From the NCBI GenBank assembly GCA_964629655.1, contig CAZVQU010000001.1:484056-548055 (forward strand): a stretch of DNA of 64,000 bases. Reading direction: 5' to 3'. Positions 17,222 through 27,753 of the stretch are shown piece by piece (the first letter of the stretch is position 1; the number at the start of each line of letters is the position of its first letter). Both the position numbers and the translations under genes were made by a program. This DNA comes from an uncultured Planctomycetia bacterium (GTDB taxonomy: Bacteria; Omnitrophota; Gorgyraeia; Duberdicusellales; 4484-171). The notes beneath the pieces were generated by a model. That model worked only from the letters and a program-made list of their open reading frames with translations, ran no database searches and was not told the origin of the DNA.

Positions 17222-17563
17222 TTACTTTATCAGGCTTCCGGCGGCTATTTCTTTATCTGAAACTATCAAGCTGACATCATCCTTACCCTGAGCAGCCAAC
17301 ACCATACCTTCAGATAGAACCCCTCTAATATTCTTCGGCTCTAAATTGGTCAGAACAACTATAAGTTTGTTCTCCAATTGCTCCGGGGCATAAAAAGGCC
17401 TAATTCCGGCTACCAGTTGAATTACCTTCTCTCCGATATCGACCTTTAATAGATATAGCTTCTCGGCGTCAGGATGAGGATTAACCTCTAAAATCTTGCC
17501 TGTTTTAAGCTCCAGTTTAGAAAAATCATCAAAATTTACCATTGCTCCATCTCCTTCCCGCAT
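17222..17563 (-). CDS. Free-standing tRNA-binding protein (CsaA/Trbp111-like EMAP-fold OB domain)
   Basis: FDDFSKLELKTGKILEV...KLYLLKVDIGE...SEGMVLAA matches the CsaA/Trbp111/MetRS C-terminal domain. The likely start is the internal MVNFDD ATG (17542). Confidence 0.8.
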   Translation of the reverse strand: MREGDGAMVNFDDFSKLELKTGKILEVNPHPDAEKLYLLKVDIGEKVIQLVAGIRPFYAPEQLENKLIVVLTNLEPKNIRGVLSEGMVLAAQGKDDVSLIVSDKEIAAGSLIK

Positions 17564-17693
17564 AGTTTAAATGCCAATATTATATTGATAATCTCCTGTT
17601 TTAAAGGAATATTTTAGCAATTTTGATAATTAAAGCAAATAATTTATTACTATTACATTATGGGAATTCAGATAGGTCGGAAGGGAATGGTCA

Positions 17694-18008
17694 TCAGACA
17701 CCAGCTGTCAAATCTTTCAGTATCACCCAAAGTAAGATAACGATTACCATTAATGAAGCTAAATAGAAGTCATTAAAATATAGGAATTCTCTTATTCGCT
17801 CCAAAGAACGGTCTTTCTTGTCGGGAATATTATACTTTTTCTTTATTGCCGGTTTAATCCTTAAGATATCTTCTTTCTTGAATCTTAAAAATTCCCCAGC
17901 GACCTTAAAGTGAGGAATAATATTTTTATTGGCTAATTCGATAACATCTTTTTCGGAAATACCCACGGTATGGGAAACTTCTCTTGTAGTAAAGAGTTTC
18001 TCTTGCAT
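17694..18008 (-). CDS. HTH (excisionase/HTH_17-type) domain protein with a C-terminal transmembrane helix
   Basis: N-terminal LFTTREVSHTVGISEKDVIELANKNIIPHFKVAGEFLRFKKEDI. C-terminal hydrophobic helix LASLMVIVILLWVIL. Confidence 0.45.
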   Translation of the reverse strand: MQEKLFTTREVSHTVGISEKDVIELANKNIIPHFKVAGEFLRFKKEDILRIKPAIKKKYNIPDKKDRSLERIREFLYFNDFYLASLMVIVILLWVILKDLTAGV

Positions 18009-18035
18009 TTTTTATCTATATTTAGTTTTTGGGGG

Positions 18036-18527
18036 TTAAGATTTATGGGCGACCCAACTCTCCACTTCCCTGCGGTCAAACAATAATTTACTACCTTCCT
18101 TTTCTACAGGAATTTTTCCACCTTCAACCCACTCCACAATCTTCTTCTCTTCAACAGAAAGATAATCAGAAAGCTCTTCTAAGGAAATTCTTGCCTCGGC
18201 TGTCCTACACTTACCATTAAAAATTGCTCCCTGATCAATAGAAATCTTAGGCACTTCTATATTGCCAATAACCTGAGCTGTCGAAAGAAGCCTAACAACC
18301 TCGGTTGCTTTGATATTCCCCTTTATGCTCCCGCTAATAGTTATGTTTTCACCAATAATGTCAGCCTTTATTTCTGCAGCCTGGCCAACAGTAAGTTTTC
18401 CTTTGGTATCGAGGCTACCTTCAAACTTCCCATTTATCCGTAGATTCACAGGATCGGAAAAAACTAAACTCCCTTGCATTGCAGCATTTACATCGAGAAT
18501 TTTATCATCTTCTTTCCGTCTAGCCAT
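18036..18527 (-). CDS. Bactofilin-domain protein fused to a C-terminal HTH_17-type domain
   Basis: Beta-helical bactofilin repeats (G.I.G.V...). C-terminal ISLEELSDYLSVEEKKIVEWVEGGKIP...REVESWV. Confidence 0.55.
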   Translation of the reverse strand: MARRKEDDKILDVNAAMQGSLVFSDPVNLRINGKFEGSLDTKGKLTVGQAAEIKADIIGENITISGSIKGNIKATEVVRLLSTAQVIGNIEVPKISIDQGAIFNGKCRTAEARISLEELSDYLSVEEKKIVEWVEGGKIPVEKEGSKLLFDRREVESWVAHKS

Positions 18528-18547
18528 TTTTCACCCCCTATAATTAT

Positions 18548-18976
18548 CTATAATGCTTCTTTCTCTAACTTCTTTAAAAGCGAAAGGGCCAGGTAAGAAG
18601 CACCTGTTACAATTATCGCTGCGCTAAAGTATCCGCAACCAACAGCTAATCCAATCGCCGCACTAACCCAAATACTCGCTGCTGTAGTTAGACCGTGAAT
18701 CCCCTCTCTACTCCTTATAATCGTGCCTGCACCTAAAAAGCCTATTCCGGTGATTACCCCAGCAGCAATCCTTCCGGGATCAATAGTACAACCTTCTCTC
18801 TGATAAATACCATAGATATAAAGAGAAGTTAACATTACTAAAGTTGCACCAACAGTGACCAAAATATGGGTCCTTAAGCCTGCGCTAACACCCTTTTTCT
18901 CTCGTTCCAGGCCGATCACGCCTCCTAGAACAAAGGCTAAAGTTAACCGTATTATTGTTGAAAATAAATTTATCAT
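18548..18976 (-). CDS. MgtC/SapB family membrane protein
   Basis: GLEREKKGVSAGLRTHILV signature and 4 TM helices. Confidence 0.8.
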   Translation of the reverse strand: MINLFSTIIRLTLAFVLGGVIGLEREKKGVSAGLRTHILVTVGATLVMLTSLYIYGIYQREGCTIDPGRIAAGVITGIGFLGAGTIIRSREGIHGLTTAASIWVSAAIGLAVGCGYFSAAIIVTGASYLALSLLKKLEKEAL

Positions 18977-18977
18977 C

Positions 18978-19967
18978 TTAATTGGGCTGGGCCTTCAACT
19001 CTATAGTGCTTTCTACTCCTTTTACATTATACAGGTAAAAGCCTAATCCTGCAACTATTGCTGCATTATCGCCTGAATACTCCAAAGGCGCAAGAAAAAC
19101 CTTTGTTTCTCTCTTTTCCTCTTCCCTAAGGCGTTTTCGCAAGTACTTATTAGCAACAACACCGCCGCCGCAAACGATCCTCTTCATCCTAAACTTATCT
19201 CTTGCCTCTAAAATCGTACTTATGATTGTCTCTAAAGCTACATATTGGAAAGAGGAAACAAGCTTTTTTCTCATCTCTGGATTAAAAAGACCTTTCTTTT
19301 CGAGTTCGTTCTTCTTGCAAATAAGAGCAGTCTTAATCCCGCTAAAACTTAAATCAAAACCTATTTTTCCACACTTGAAGTTAAAATCATCTTTATATTT
19401 AGCCTTAAAGAGCTTGTCAATGATTGGCCCTCCGGGATAACCCAGATTATAAGCTTTGGCTACCTTATCAAAAACCTCTCCGCAAGCATCATCGAGAGTC
19501 TGTCCTAAAGTCTTTATTTTATCAAAGTCATCGACCTGATAAATCTCTGTGTGACCGCCGGATATTACTACTCCCAAAAAAGGAAATTTCAATTTCTGGG
19601 AATAATTTAAGAAAGGAGCAAAAAGATGAGCATGAAGGTGGTTAATCCCAATAAGAGGTTTTGCTAAAGCTAAAGAGAGAGTTTTAGCGAAGTTAAGTCC
19701 AACAACTAAGGCTCCGACTAAGCCAGGTTTATGAGTCACAGCTATTAAGTCTAACCTTTTTAATGATATTCCGGCTTCTTCACTGGCAGCTGATAAAACC
19801 TTATCAATATTCCTAAGGTGGGCCCGAGTAGCTATCTCTGGTACTACTCCCCCATATTTCTTATGTTCTTTTAAAGAAGATAGCGTTACATTGGAAAGGA
19901 CTTGGTAATCTTTTAGGATTGCACAAGAAGTCTCATCGCAAGAAGTCTCAATACCAAGGATATACAT
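18978..19967 (-). CDS. tsaD: tRNA N6-adenosine threonylcarbamoyltransferase TsaD
   Basis: ILGIETSCDETS N-terminus. Kae1/Gcp family His and metal motifs. Confidence 0.9.
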   Translation of the reverse strand: MYILGIETSCDETSCAILKDYQVLSNVTLSSLKEHKKYGGVVPEIATRAHLRNIDKVLSAASEEAGISLKRLDLIAVTHKPGLVGALVVGLNFAKTLSLALAKPLIGINHLHAHLFAPFLNYSQKLKFPFLGVVISGGHTEIYQVDDFDKIKTLGQTLDDACGEVFDKVAKAYNLGYPGGPIIDKLFKAKYKDDFNFKCGKIGFDLSFSGIKTALICKKNELEKKGLFNPEMRKKLVSSFQYVALETIISTILEARDKFRMKRIVCGGGVVANKYLRKRLREEEKRETKVFLAPLEYSGDNAAIVAGLGFYLYNVKGVESTIELKAQPN

Positions 19968-19971
19968 TAGC

Positions 19972-21183
19972 TCATTTATTTAATACAAGAAGACCTTTGA
20001 TCAGGTCTAAAGCTCTTAATATCTGGTTATCTTCCTTGTAATCAAATTCTTTCTTCTTGTCTAAGTTCTCAAAAACATCCTCTTCTGATTCCTCTGCCAC
20101 TTCTTTCGATACCTCGATATCTGGCTCTACCCCTTTCTCATGGATGCTCTCTTCACTCGGTGTGTAGTATTTAGAAGTAGTAAGGCGCATAGCCGAACCA
20201 TCGGATAAAGGAAGTATCGTTTGAACCGACCCTTTACCAAAGGTGGTTTCTCCAAGCAAAACTGCCCGGTTATTTTCTCTCAAAGCTGAGGCAAGAATTT
20301 CGCTTGCCGAAGCACTACCCTTATTTATCAATACCACCATTGGAATATCTAGATACTTCTTGCCTAAAGACACTGACCTATATATTCTCTTCTCTTCGGT
20401 TCTTGAATCAGTAGAGACTACGGTCATCCCATCCTCCAAAAATCTGCTTGATATGTCTATAGATGAGTTAAGCAATCCTCCGGGGTTATTCCTCACATCA
20501 ATAATCAAAGCTTTTAAGCCATCCTTTTCTAATTGCTTCAAGGCTTTACCCAGATCTTTTGAAGTACTCTCTCTAAACTCTCCAATCTTTACATAGCCAA
20601 TACCGTCTTCTAAAATCGTTGGTCTTTTTATATCTTTTATCTTTATTATATCCCTTACAATAGTTACATCTTCAACTTTCCTGCTTTTTTCTCTCAAGAC
20701 TGTTATAGTAACTTCAGTCTGAGGATCACCGCGTAATTTTTTAACTGCACCATTTAAAGTAATTTCCTTAGTCAATTCGCCATCTATTTTAATAATAATA
20801 TCCCCGGCTTCAATCCCGGCCCGCCAGGCTGGCGTATCTTCTATCGGAGAAATAATAGTAAGAAGACCATTTCTTATGGTAATCTCAATTCCAAGACCTC
20901 CAAATTGTCCTTCGGTCTCTACAAGAAGGTTTTTATAATCATCGGGAGCTAAGAACTGACTATAAGCGTCTAATGAAAGCGCCATCCCTCTCATTGCTCC
21001 GTAGACTAGGTCCTCTGCGGTCTTCTCTTCTACGTATTTTCCCTCAATGACTGCTAGGCCTTCAGCAAATATCTCTAGCTCTCGATACAAATCATCTTTA
21101 TCCTTACCAAACGATACTCCTGCTTGGTATGAAGAAATAACCATTGCTAAAATTACTGTAAGAGCAATAAATCTTCTTTTCAT
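19972..21183 (-). CDS. Carboxyl-terminal processing protease (S41, CtpA-like) with a PDZ domain
   Basis: Signal peptide, PDZ, and S41 Ser/Lys motifs (GETTFGKGSVQ). Confidence 0.85.
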   Translation of the reverse strand: MKRRFIALTVILAMVISSYQAGVSFGKDKDDLYRELEIFAEGLAVIEGKYVEEKTAEDLVYGAMRGMALSLDAYSQFLAPDDYKNLLVETEGQFGGLGIEITIRNGLLTIISPIEDTPAWRAGIEAGDIIIKIDGELTKEITLNGAVKKLRGDPQTEVTITVLREKSRKVEDVTIVRDIIKIKDIKRPTILEDGIGYVKIGEFRESTSKDLGKALKQLEKDGLKALIIDVRNNPGGLLNSSIDISSRFLEDGMTVVSTDSRTEEKRIYRSVSLGKKYLDIPMVVLINKGSASASEILASALRENNRAVLLGETTFGKGSVQTILPLSDGSAMRLTTSKYYTPSEESIHEKGVEPDIEVSKEVAEESEEDVFENLDKKKEFDYKEDNQILRALDLIKGLLVLNK

Positions 21184-22598
21184 CTTTCGATCCTCCTTTT
21201 TAGCATTTCTCTTGCCACTTGTGGGTTAGCTTTACCCTTACTCTTTTTCATTACTTGTCCAACAAGAAACATTATTGCCTGATCCTTACCTTCTAAATAC
21301 TCCTTAACCGGTTTAGGATTCTCTTTTACGGCCTCTTCGATGAATACGCCTAATTGATCTTCCCCGGAAACTTGAGTGAGGCCTTCTTTCTCAATAATAC
21401 TATCTATATCCTGATCAGTAGCGATGCTCAATGAAAGAGCTTTCTTAGCTGATAAATTATTTAATTTCCCCTGGCCAAAGTATTTTACTATCTGAGCAAA
21501 CTTTTGTGCAGATATTTTTACTGAGCCAAATCCCTTCTCTAAAGTATTCACCTGTTCTAGAAATGGTCCTAGAAGCCAATTAGATAACTCTTGCGGTTTA
21601 GGATAAGATTTATTGGCCTCTTCAAAAAAATCAGCTAGCCAAGAATTAGCGATAATTACATCTATTTCTTTGGGGCCAATCTTATAATCTTTTAAGAATC
21701 TCTTTCTCCTCTCTATCGGCAACTCCCCAACCAAAGCTTTTTCTTCCTCGATAAGTTTACTGGAAACAGAAAAATCTAGAAGATCAGGCTCAGGAAAATA
21801 ACGATAGTCATGAGCCCGCTCCTTTGTACGCATAACTACTGTCTTTAGCTTCTCAACATCCCACAACCTGGTCTCCTGGGTTATTTTTTCCTCTGATTCT
21901 ATAGCCTTAGCTTGACGCTTGGCTTCAAACTCTAAAGCTGCCCTGACCCCTTTAAAACTATTCATATTCTTCAGCTCAACTTTTGTACCTAACTTAGTAT
22001 CCCCTTTTCTACGCAGAGAAATATTAGCATCGCAGCGCAAGGAACCCTTCTCCATATCGCAATCAGAAGCACCGATGTATTGAAGAATTAATTTCAAATA
22101 CGTTAAGTAATCATAAGCTTCTTCGGGACTTCTCATGTCCGGCTCAGAGACAATCTCCAGCAATGGTGTGCCAGTGCGATTAAAATCTACCCAGGAACAA
22201 TCATCTTTGTGAATAAGCTTACCAGCATCTTCTTCGAGATGCACTCTATTCACATTTATCTTTTTGCCTGAGGGAAACTCTAAAACTCCAGCCTCTCCCA
22301 AAGGCATTTTATATTGGGAAATTTGATAATCTTTAGGCAAATCAGGATAAAAGTAATTCTTACGTTCAAAGTATATAGACCGATTAATCTTACAGCTTAG
22401 GGCTAGAGAAACTCTTACTGCTAACTCTAAAGCTCGTTTGTTAAAGACCGGTAAAACTCCCGGATAGCCGCAACAAACCGGACAAATATTACTATTAGGT
22501 GAGCTCTGGAATTTTGTAGAGCAAGAACAGAATATTTTCGACTCTGTCTTTAACTGAGTATGGACCTCAAGGCCAATTACAACTTCAAAATTACTCAT
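21180..22598 (-). CDS. gatB: Asp-tRNA(Asn)/Glu-tRNA(Gln) amidotransferase subunit B
   Basis: MSNFEVVIGLEVHTQL start. Full-length GatB. Confidence 0.9.
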   Translation of the reverse strand: MSNFEVVIGLEVHTQLKTESKIFCSCSTKFQSSPNSNICPVCCGYPGVLPVFNKRALELAVRVSLALSCKINRSIYFERKNYFYPDLPKDYQISQYKMPLGEAGVLEFPSGKKINVNRVHLEEDAGKLIHKDDCSWVDFNRTGTPLLEIVSEPDMRSPEEAYDYLTYLKLILQYIGASDCDMEKGSLRCDANISLRRKGDTKLGTKVELKNMNSFKGVRAALEFEAKRQAKAIESEEKITQETRLWDVEKLKTVVMRTKERAHDYRYFPEPDLLDFSVSSKLIEEEKALVGELPIERRKRFLKDYKIGPKEIDVIIANSWLADFFEEANKSYPKPQELSNWLLGPFLEQVNTLEKGFGSVKISAQKFAQIVKYFGQGKLNNLSAKKALSLSIATDQDIDSIIEKEGLTQVSGEDQLGVFIEEAVKENPKPVKEYLEGKDQAIMFLVGQVMKKSKGKANPQVAREMLKRRIER

Positions 22599-24024
22599 GG
22601 CTAACCTTTGGTATCTGGCTATGAAAATCAGTACAACTTTGAAAAGCTGAGCCTAGCTTTATAAGTGTCGCCTCGTCAAACTCTTTCCCAATCAGCTGCC
22701 CCCCTATCGGTAGCCTTTGCGAAGAAAATCCGCAAGGAAAAGATACAGCTGGCAAACCGGCTAGATTCGTAGAAATAGTATAAATATCCGATAAATACAT
22801 GCTTAAAGGATCACTGGCCTTTTCGCCAATTTTAAAGGCGGTTGTCGGAGAGGTTGGGGTAAGAATAGCGTCAACCTTTTTAAAAACCTGATCAAATTCT
22901 CTTCTAATCAGGGTTCTGGCTTTAAGAGCTTTTAGGTAGTAGGCATCATAATATCCGCTGGAAAGGCTATAAGTGCCTAAAAAAATCCTCCTCTTGGCTT
23001 CATCACCAAAACCTTGGCCTCTGGAATTCGCATAAAGATCTTCTAATCTATCAGCCTTTGCTCTTAAGCCATATCTTATCCCATCAAATCTCTGTAGATT
23101 TGAACTAGCTTCAGAAGAAGCAATAATATAATAGGTTGCTACTGCATATTCAGTATGGGGCAGACTGATTCCAATCATTTCTGCTCCTTTTTCTTCAAGA
23201 ATTTTCTTAATCCCCTCAACTGCAGCCTTAACTTCTGAATCTAAACCTTCTGAAAAATACTCCTTTGGTATACCTATCTTTAAACCCTTAATGTCATTGT
23301 TTAAGGATTTGGTAAAATCAGGCAAATCCAAGGAGGCTGAAGTTGAATCTCTATGGTCGTGCCCACAAATTATATTTAAAAGATGAGCACAATCAATAAA
23401 ATCTGTAGTTATCGGACCAATCTGGTCTAAGCTTGAACCAAAAGCAACTAAGCCAAAGCGCGAGACCCGACCATAAGTAGGCTTAAATCCTACTACTCCG
23501 CAAAGACAAGCTGGCTGACGAATTGATCCTCCGGTATCTGAGCCTAAGGCAAAAGGAACTAGGCGAGCTGCCACTGCTGCTGCTGAACCGCCGCTTGAAC
23601 CTCCGACGACTCTTGTTGTATCCCAAGGATTTTTTGTAGGGCCGTAACAAGAATTTTCTGTGGATGAACCAAAAGCAAATTCATCCATGTTTGTGGTTCC
23701 AATAATATCTAACCCGGCATCCTTTAACCTTCTTATTACCTCGGCATCATAGACTGCTATATGGTTGGCTAGGATTTTAGAAGCGCAAGTAATCTTCTTT
23801 CCCTTTATGCAAATATTATCCTTTATAGCAATCGGTAGCCCGGAGAGAAAAGATTTACCAGTTCCGGTAACTGGCTCCTCATAGGGTTCTACAAAACTAC
23901 CCAGGCAAGGATCGATCTTCTTTATTCTGTCTTTAAAGAAAGAAAAGGCCTCTTCTCTTTTTAATTTTTTGGTGCTGATTTTTTCTGCTAGCCCACTTGC
24001 GCTAACATTAACTAGCTCTTCCAT
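22591..24024 (-). CDS. gatA: Glutamyl-tRNA(Gln) amidotransferase subunit A
   Basis: Amidase signature GGSSGGSAAAVA and Ser-cisSer-Lys triad region. Confidence 0.9.
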   Translation of the reverse strand: MEELVNVSASGLAEKISTKKLKREEAFSFFKDRIKKIDPCLGSFVEPYEEPVTGTGKSFLSGLPIAIKDNICIKGKKITCASKILANHIAVYDAEVIRRLKDAGLDIIGTTNMDEFAFGSSTENSCYGPTKNPWDTTRVVGGSSGGSAAAVAARLVPFALGSDTGGSIRQPACLCGVVGFKPTYGRVSRFGLVAFGSSLDQIGPITTDFIDCAHLLNIICGHDHRDSTSASLDLPDFTKSLNNDIKGLKIGIPKEYFSEGLDSEVKAAVEGIKKILEEKGAEMIGISLPHTEYAVATYYIIASSEASSNLQRFDGIRYGLRAKADRLEDLYANSRGQGFGDEAKRRIFLGTYSLSSGYYDAYYLKALKARTLIRREFDQVFKKVDAILTPTSPTTAFKIGEKASDPLSMYLSDIYTISTNLAGLPAVSFPCGFSSQRLPIGGQLIGKEFDEATLIKLGSAFQSCTDFHSQIPKVSHE

Positions 24025-24309
24025 TTATTCAATAACCTTAGGGATTTTAAAATAATCGCCTTCCCGAGATGGGGAATTTCTTAAGATCTCTTCCCGGCAG
24101 TCAGAAGGTATAGCTTTATCCTCACGGAAGACATCTCGGGTAATATGTGCTCCTCTTGAAGGCTGGACCCCGGCTACATCCAGCTCTTTTAGCTTATCAA
24201 TGTAGCCGATAATTTTAGAAAGCTGTTCTTCTAAAGAACTCTCTTGCTGGAGAGTTATCTTTATCCTGGCTAAATTAGCTACATATTCTACATCTTTTTT
24301 TCCAGCCAT
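24025..24309 (-). CDS. gatC: Glutamyl-tRNA(Gln) amidotransferase subunit C
   Basis: ~94 aa, gatC-type, immediately upstream of gatA. Confidence 0.75.
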   Translation of the reverse strand: MAGKKDVEYVANLARIKITLQQESSLEEQLSKIIGYIDKLKELDVAGVQPSRGAHITRDVFREDKAIPSDCREEILRNSPSREGDYFKIPKVIE

Positions 24310-24323
24310 CTCGCTCCTTTTAT

Positions 24324-24352
24324 TTTAAAATTATACCACTCACCATTCAAAA
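24324..24352 (-). promoter_or_regulatory. Extended -10 promoter (gTGgTATAAT) upstream of gatCAB
   Basis: Minus strand ...TTGAATGGTGAGTGGTATAAT... followed by GGAG and the ATG. The same GTGGTATAAT core is seen at 36361. Confidence 0.3.
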
Positions 24353-24395
24353 ATCTATTCATTTTCCTAAAACTCTATTGTTCTATTACTTCTGT

Positions 24396-25940
24396 CTATG
24401 AGGGGCGTAATTTACCTCGAAAGAGGGTGAGTTCCAAGAATGTCTGAAGCCGACGTGAGCGGCTAGGACGCCTTAATTTCTTCAATGCTTTGGCTTCGAT
24501 TTGTCGTATGCGTTCACGGGTAACTTTAAAAATGGTTCCCACTTCTTCTAAGGTTTTAGGGCTGCCATCTTCTAGGCCAAACCTTAAAGTAAGGATATTC
24601 CTTTCGCGATCAGTTAAACTATCCATAGCCTGCTCTAGTTCTTCTTTGAGCATAGAAAATACAGTAGCATTAGCCGGCGACACTGCTTTCTTGTCCTCAA
24701 TGAAATCACCAAAAGAAGTATCTCCATCATCGCCAATAGGCGTATGTATCGATATCGGCTGCTGAGATACCTTAATGATATCCTTTATCTTAGTAACCGG
24801 AAGCCTTAACTCTTTGGATAACTCCTCCGGTGTAGGTTCTTTTCCTTTTTCTTGGATAAAAAGCCGTGAAATACGAATTATCTTATTAATGGTCTCGGTC
24901 ATATGCACAGGGATCCTAATCGTCCGAGCCTGATCAGCGATAGCCCGAGTTATTGCCTGTCTTATCCACCAAGTAGCGTAAGTAGAAAACTTATATCCTC
25001 GCTTATATTCAAACTTCTCTACGGCTTTGATAAGGCCGATATTGCCCTCTTGAATTAAATCTAGAAAGGAAAGGCCACGGTTTACATATTTCTTAGCTAT
25101 ACTCACTACTAACCGCAGGTTTGCCTCAACAAGCGTACTCTTGGCTTGATTATAAAGCGTAGCCTTGTTAAGAATAGCCCGCATCTTATCTTTTACTTCT
25201 TGATCACCAAAGCCTAATTTTCTTATTAGCTTATTCCTCTCTCTTACTAAAGACCTTTTCTCTGTAGCCTTCTTGCTGCTTTTACCCTTTATTTTTTCAA
25301 TCCTTCTTCTTAACTTCTCAGACTCCCGAACGATATTTCTGGTCTTAATAATGATTTGTTCGATAATTCCAATAGTGAAGTTGAATTCTTTTAAAACATT
25401 CTTCTGGCTTCCGATTTTTTTAATTCTCGACAGCTTACCATAAAGCTTTTTTATCCTTTTTATCTCCTTCTCTTTACTCTTAATCTCACCCTTAACAAAA
25501 TCGTCAGGGTTAAGCTGATCTTTAATTAATTGCTTAGAAATGTTTATAAAGGTATCCCGGGATATACCTGTAGAAAATACCTCCTCGCGCAAAATCTCTT
25601 CAGCATCTTCGATTTTCTTCGCCAACCTTATCTCTTCATCGCGAGAAAGCAAAGGAATTTGCCCCATCTGTTTTAAATACATCTTAACCGGATCATCTAT
25701 AGGCTGGGTGGTAGGAGTAACCTGTTTTTTCTTCTCCTTCTCCCACTCCGGAACCTCTTTAGCCTCTAGAACACTTATATCCTTAGTGTCTAAATGCTCA
25801 AAGATAGTATCTAAAGCCTTGGCGTTTATTATCTCTTCGGAAAGAAAATGATTTATTTCATCGTAGGTAAGATAGCCTTTTTTCTTTCCCAGCTCGACTA
25901 ATTGCTTAATGCTTCTGTCTAAAAGTTTCTTCCTAACCAT
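24396..25940 (-). CDS. rpoD: RNA polymerase sigma-70 factor RpoD
   Basis: Regions 1.2-4.2. RpoD box [17 protein letters not shown]. Confidence 0.9.
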   Translation of the reverse strand: MVRKKLLDRSIKQLVELGKKKGYLTYDEINHFLSEEIINAKALDTIFEHLDTKDISVLEAKEVPEWEKEKKKQVTPTTQPIDDPVKMYLKQMGQIPLLSRDEEIRLAKKIEDAEEILREEVFSTGISRDTFINISKQLIKDQLNPDDFVKGEIKSKEKEIKRIKKLYGKLSRIKKIGSQKNVLKEFNFTIGIIEQIIIKTRNIVRESEKLRRRIEKIKGKSSKKATEKRSLVRERNKLIRKLGFGDQEVKDKMRAILNKATLYNQAKSTLVEANLRLVVSIAKKYVNRGLSFLDLIQEGNIGLIKAVEKFEYKRGYKFSTYATWWIRQAITRAIADQARTIRIPVHMTETINKIIRISRLFIQEKGKEPTPEELSKELRLPVTKIKDIIKVSQQPISIHTPIGDDGDTSFGDFIEDKKAVSPANATVFSMLKEELEQAMDSLTDRERNILTLRFGLEDGSPKTLEEVGTIFKVTRERIRQIEAKALKKLRRPSRSRRLQTFLELTLFRGKLRPS

Positions 25941-27702
25941 TCCTTACCTCACTATTAATTTTTTTGTGTTTATTCATTAACTCTATTTTTCTTTTTTCAT
26001 CACCCCTAGCTTCTGCTTCTCTTATCTCCTCGCGCAATCTTTTTTTTAGTTGTTTCACGCCGTCTTTGCACAATTTAACAAGGCTGCCTTTGAACTCTTC
26101 GTTATTCAGTAGTATATTTTCGTCGATCAAAATTTGAGAAACAAAACTGCTGATTTCTTTGTCCTCTATTGCTCCTGAGAACTTTTGCATCGAATTGTTC
26201 CCTTCTGTAGAATAACTGTTAAAAAGAAACGAAACGGTCTTTTGCGATAAATGCGAACTAAAATACTCTTTCTTCAACTTCTTTTTTGCTAAGGCAAGTG
26301 CTTTAGGATTAGTAAGCATACCTTTAATTATCACTCTTTCGGCTATTGGCACGAATTCATTATTTATTCTTGAGCCAGCAGGAGTTGCTGGCGAAGCCTT
26401 AGTTTTGCCGTAATTTTTGTTAGTTTTTGATAAGACATTGCGAAACTCTGCAATCACAATCTCTTCCTTAAGGCCTAAATTATCAGCAAGTTTTTTGATA
26501 TACTCGTACTTCTTAATCTCACTGCTTAATTTATCTAAAGTAATAAGCACCTCTTTAGCAATCTTGGTTTTGCCTTCTATAGAGTCAACATCGTAGGTTC
26601 TCTTTAGACTATCTAACTTATAATCAAAAAAATCAAGCTTCTCATCCAATAGCTTTAGAAAAGCTCCCTTGCCCTGTTTGCGGACTAATGAATCCGGGTC
26701 GTAACCTTTGGCCAAATGTACAACCTTAACTTTCAAATCGCTCTCAAGAAGCAAATCTATTGACCGTGCCGTAGCAGTTTCTCCGGCTTTATCAGAATCA
26801 TAGACTAAGACTACACAAGAAGCATATCTTTTTATTAGACGGATTTGCTCAGAAGTTAAGGCTGTGCCTAAAGAAGCGACGATATTTTTTATCCCTCTCA
26901 TAAAAGGCGTGATCATATCTAAATACCCTTCAACCACAACTACACTATCTTCTTTAATTATTTCATCCTTGGAAAAATTAAGACCGTAAAGATGTTCCCT
27001 CTTGCTATAAAGAACACTTTCTAGGGAATTAATATACTTGGGAGAGTTAGGTATGTCTTTCCAAGTCCGTGCTCCAAACCCAACGACACGAGAACGAATA
27101 TCAAAAATTGGGAAAGTAATTCTATTTATAAATAAGTCACGAAAACTTCCTCGGTTTGAGGTAACCAAAGATGCTTTTTCCAAAACCTCTAAGGTAAAGC
27201 CGGATTTACGCATATGTTGAATAAGGGAATCATGGCCGGGAGCAAACCCGAGGTGAAATTTATTGATCGTCTCTGGACCAATCCCCCTCTTTTCTAAATA
27301 AGTACGGATAACCTGACAGTCCTTACTTTCCCTTAGAATATTATGGAAAAAAGAAGCACCTTTACTGGTAGCTTCGTAGAGAAAATTCTTAGTTTTCACA
27401 TTCTTGCTCTTCTGGTATGGCATAGCCATACCCAATCCCTTAGCCAACATCTCTACAGCTTCGGGAAAAGTTACCTTCTCGATGAGGGTCAGGAATTGAA
27501 AGACCCCTCCGCCTTCACCGCATCCAAAACAATGAAAAATTTGTTTTTGCGGACTTACAATAAAAGACGGGGTTTTCTCACCGTGGAATGGACAGACAGC
27601 CTTAAAATTTCTGCCGGTTTTTTTAAGAGACACATAGCCAGAAATTACCTCTGCAATATCTGTCCTAGATTGAACTTCTTCTATAAATTGTTGAGGAATC
27701 AT
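25933..27702 (-). CDS. dnaG: DNA primase
   Basis: Zn-ribbon [17 protein letters not shown] domain, upstream of rpoD. Confidence 0.9.
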   Translation of the reverse strand: MIPQQFIEEVQSRTDIAEVISGYVSLKKTGRNFKAVCPFHGEKTPSFIVSPQKQIFHCFGCGEGGGVFQFLTLIEKVTFPEAVEMLAKGLGMAMPYQKSKNVKTKNFLYEATSKGASFFHNILRESKDCQVIRTYLEKRGIGPETINKFHLGFAPGHDSLIQHMRKSGFTLEVLEKASLVTSNRGSFRDLFINRITFPIFDIRSRVVGFGARTWKDIPNSPKYINSLESVLYSKREHLYGLNFSKDEIIKEDSVVVVEGYLDMITPFMRGIKNIVASLGTALTSEQIRLIKRYASCVVLVYDSDKAGETATARSIDLLLESDLKVKVVHLAKGYDPDSLVRKQGKGAFLKLLDEKLDFFDYKLDSLKRTYDVDSIEGKTKIAKEVLITLDKLSSEIKKYEYIKKLADNLGLKEEIVIAEFRNVLSKTNKNYGKTKASPATPAGSRINNEFVPIAERVIIKGMLTNPKALALAKKKLKKEYFSSHLSQKTVSFLFNSYSTEGNNSMQKFSGAIEDKEISSFVSQILIDENILLNNEEFKGSLVKLCKDGVKQLKKRLREEIREAEARGDEKRKIELMNKHKKINSEVRNG

Positions 27703-27753
27703 AGCCAGACCAGCTAATTAATTGATTGTCTTATTAATCGGTTAAGTGGTTAA

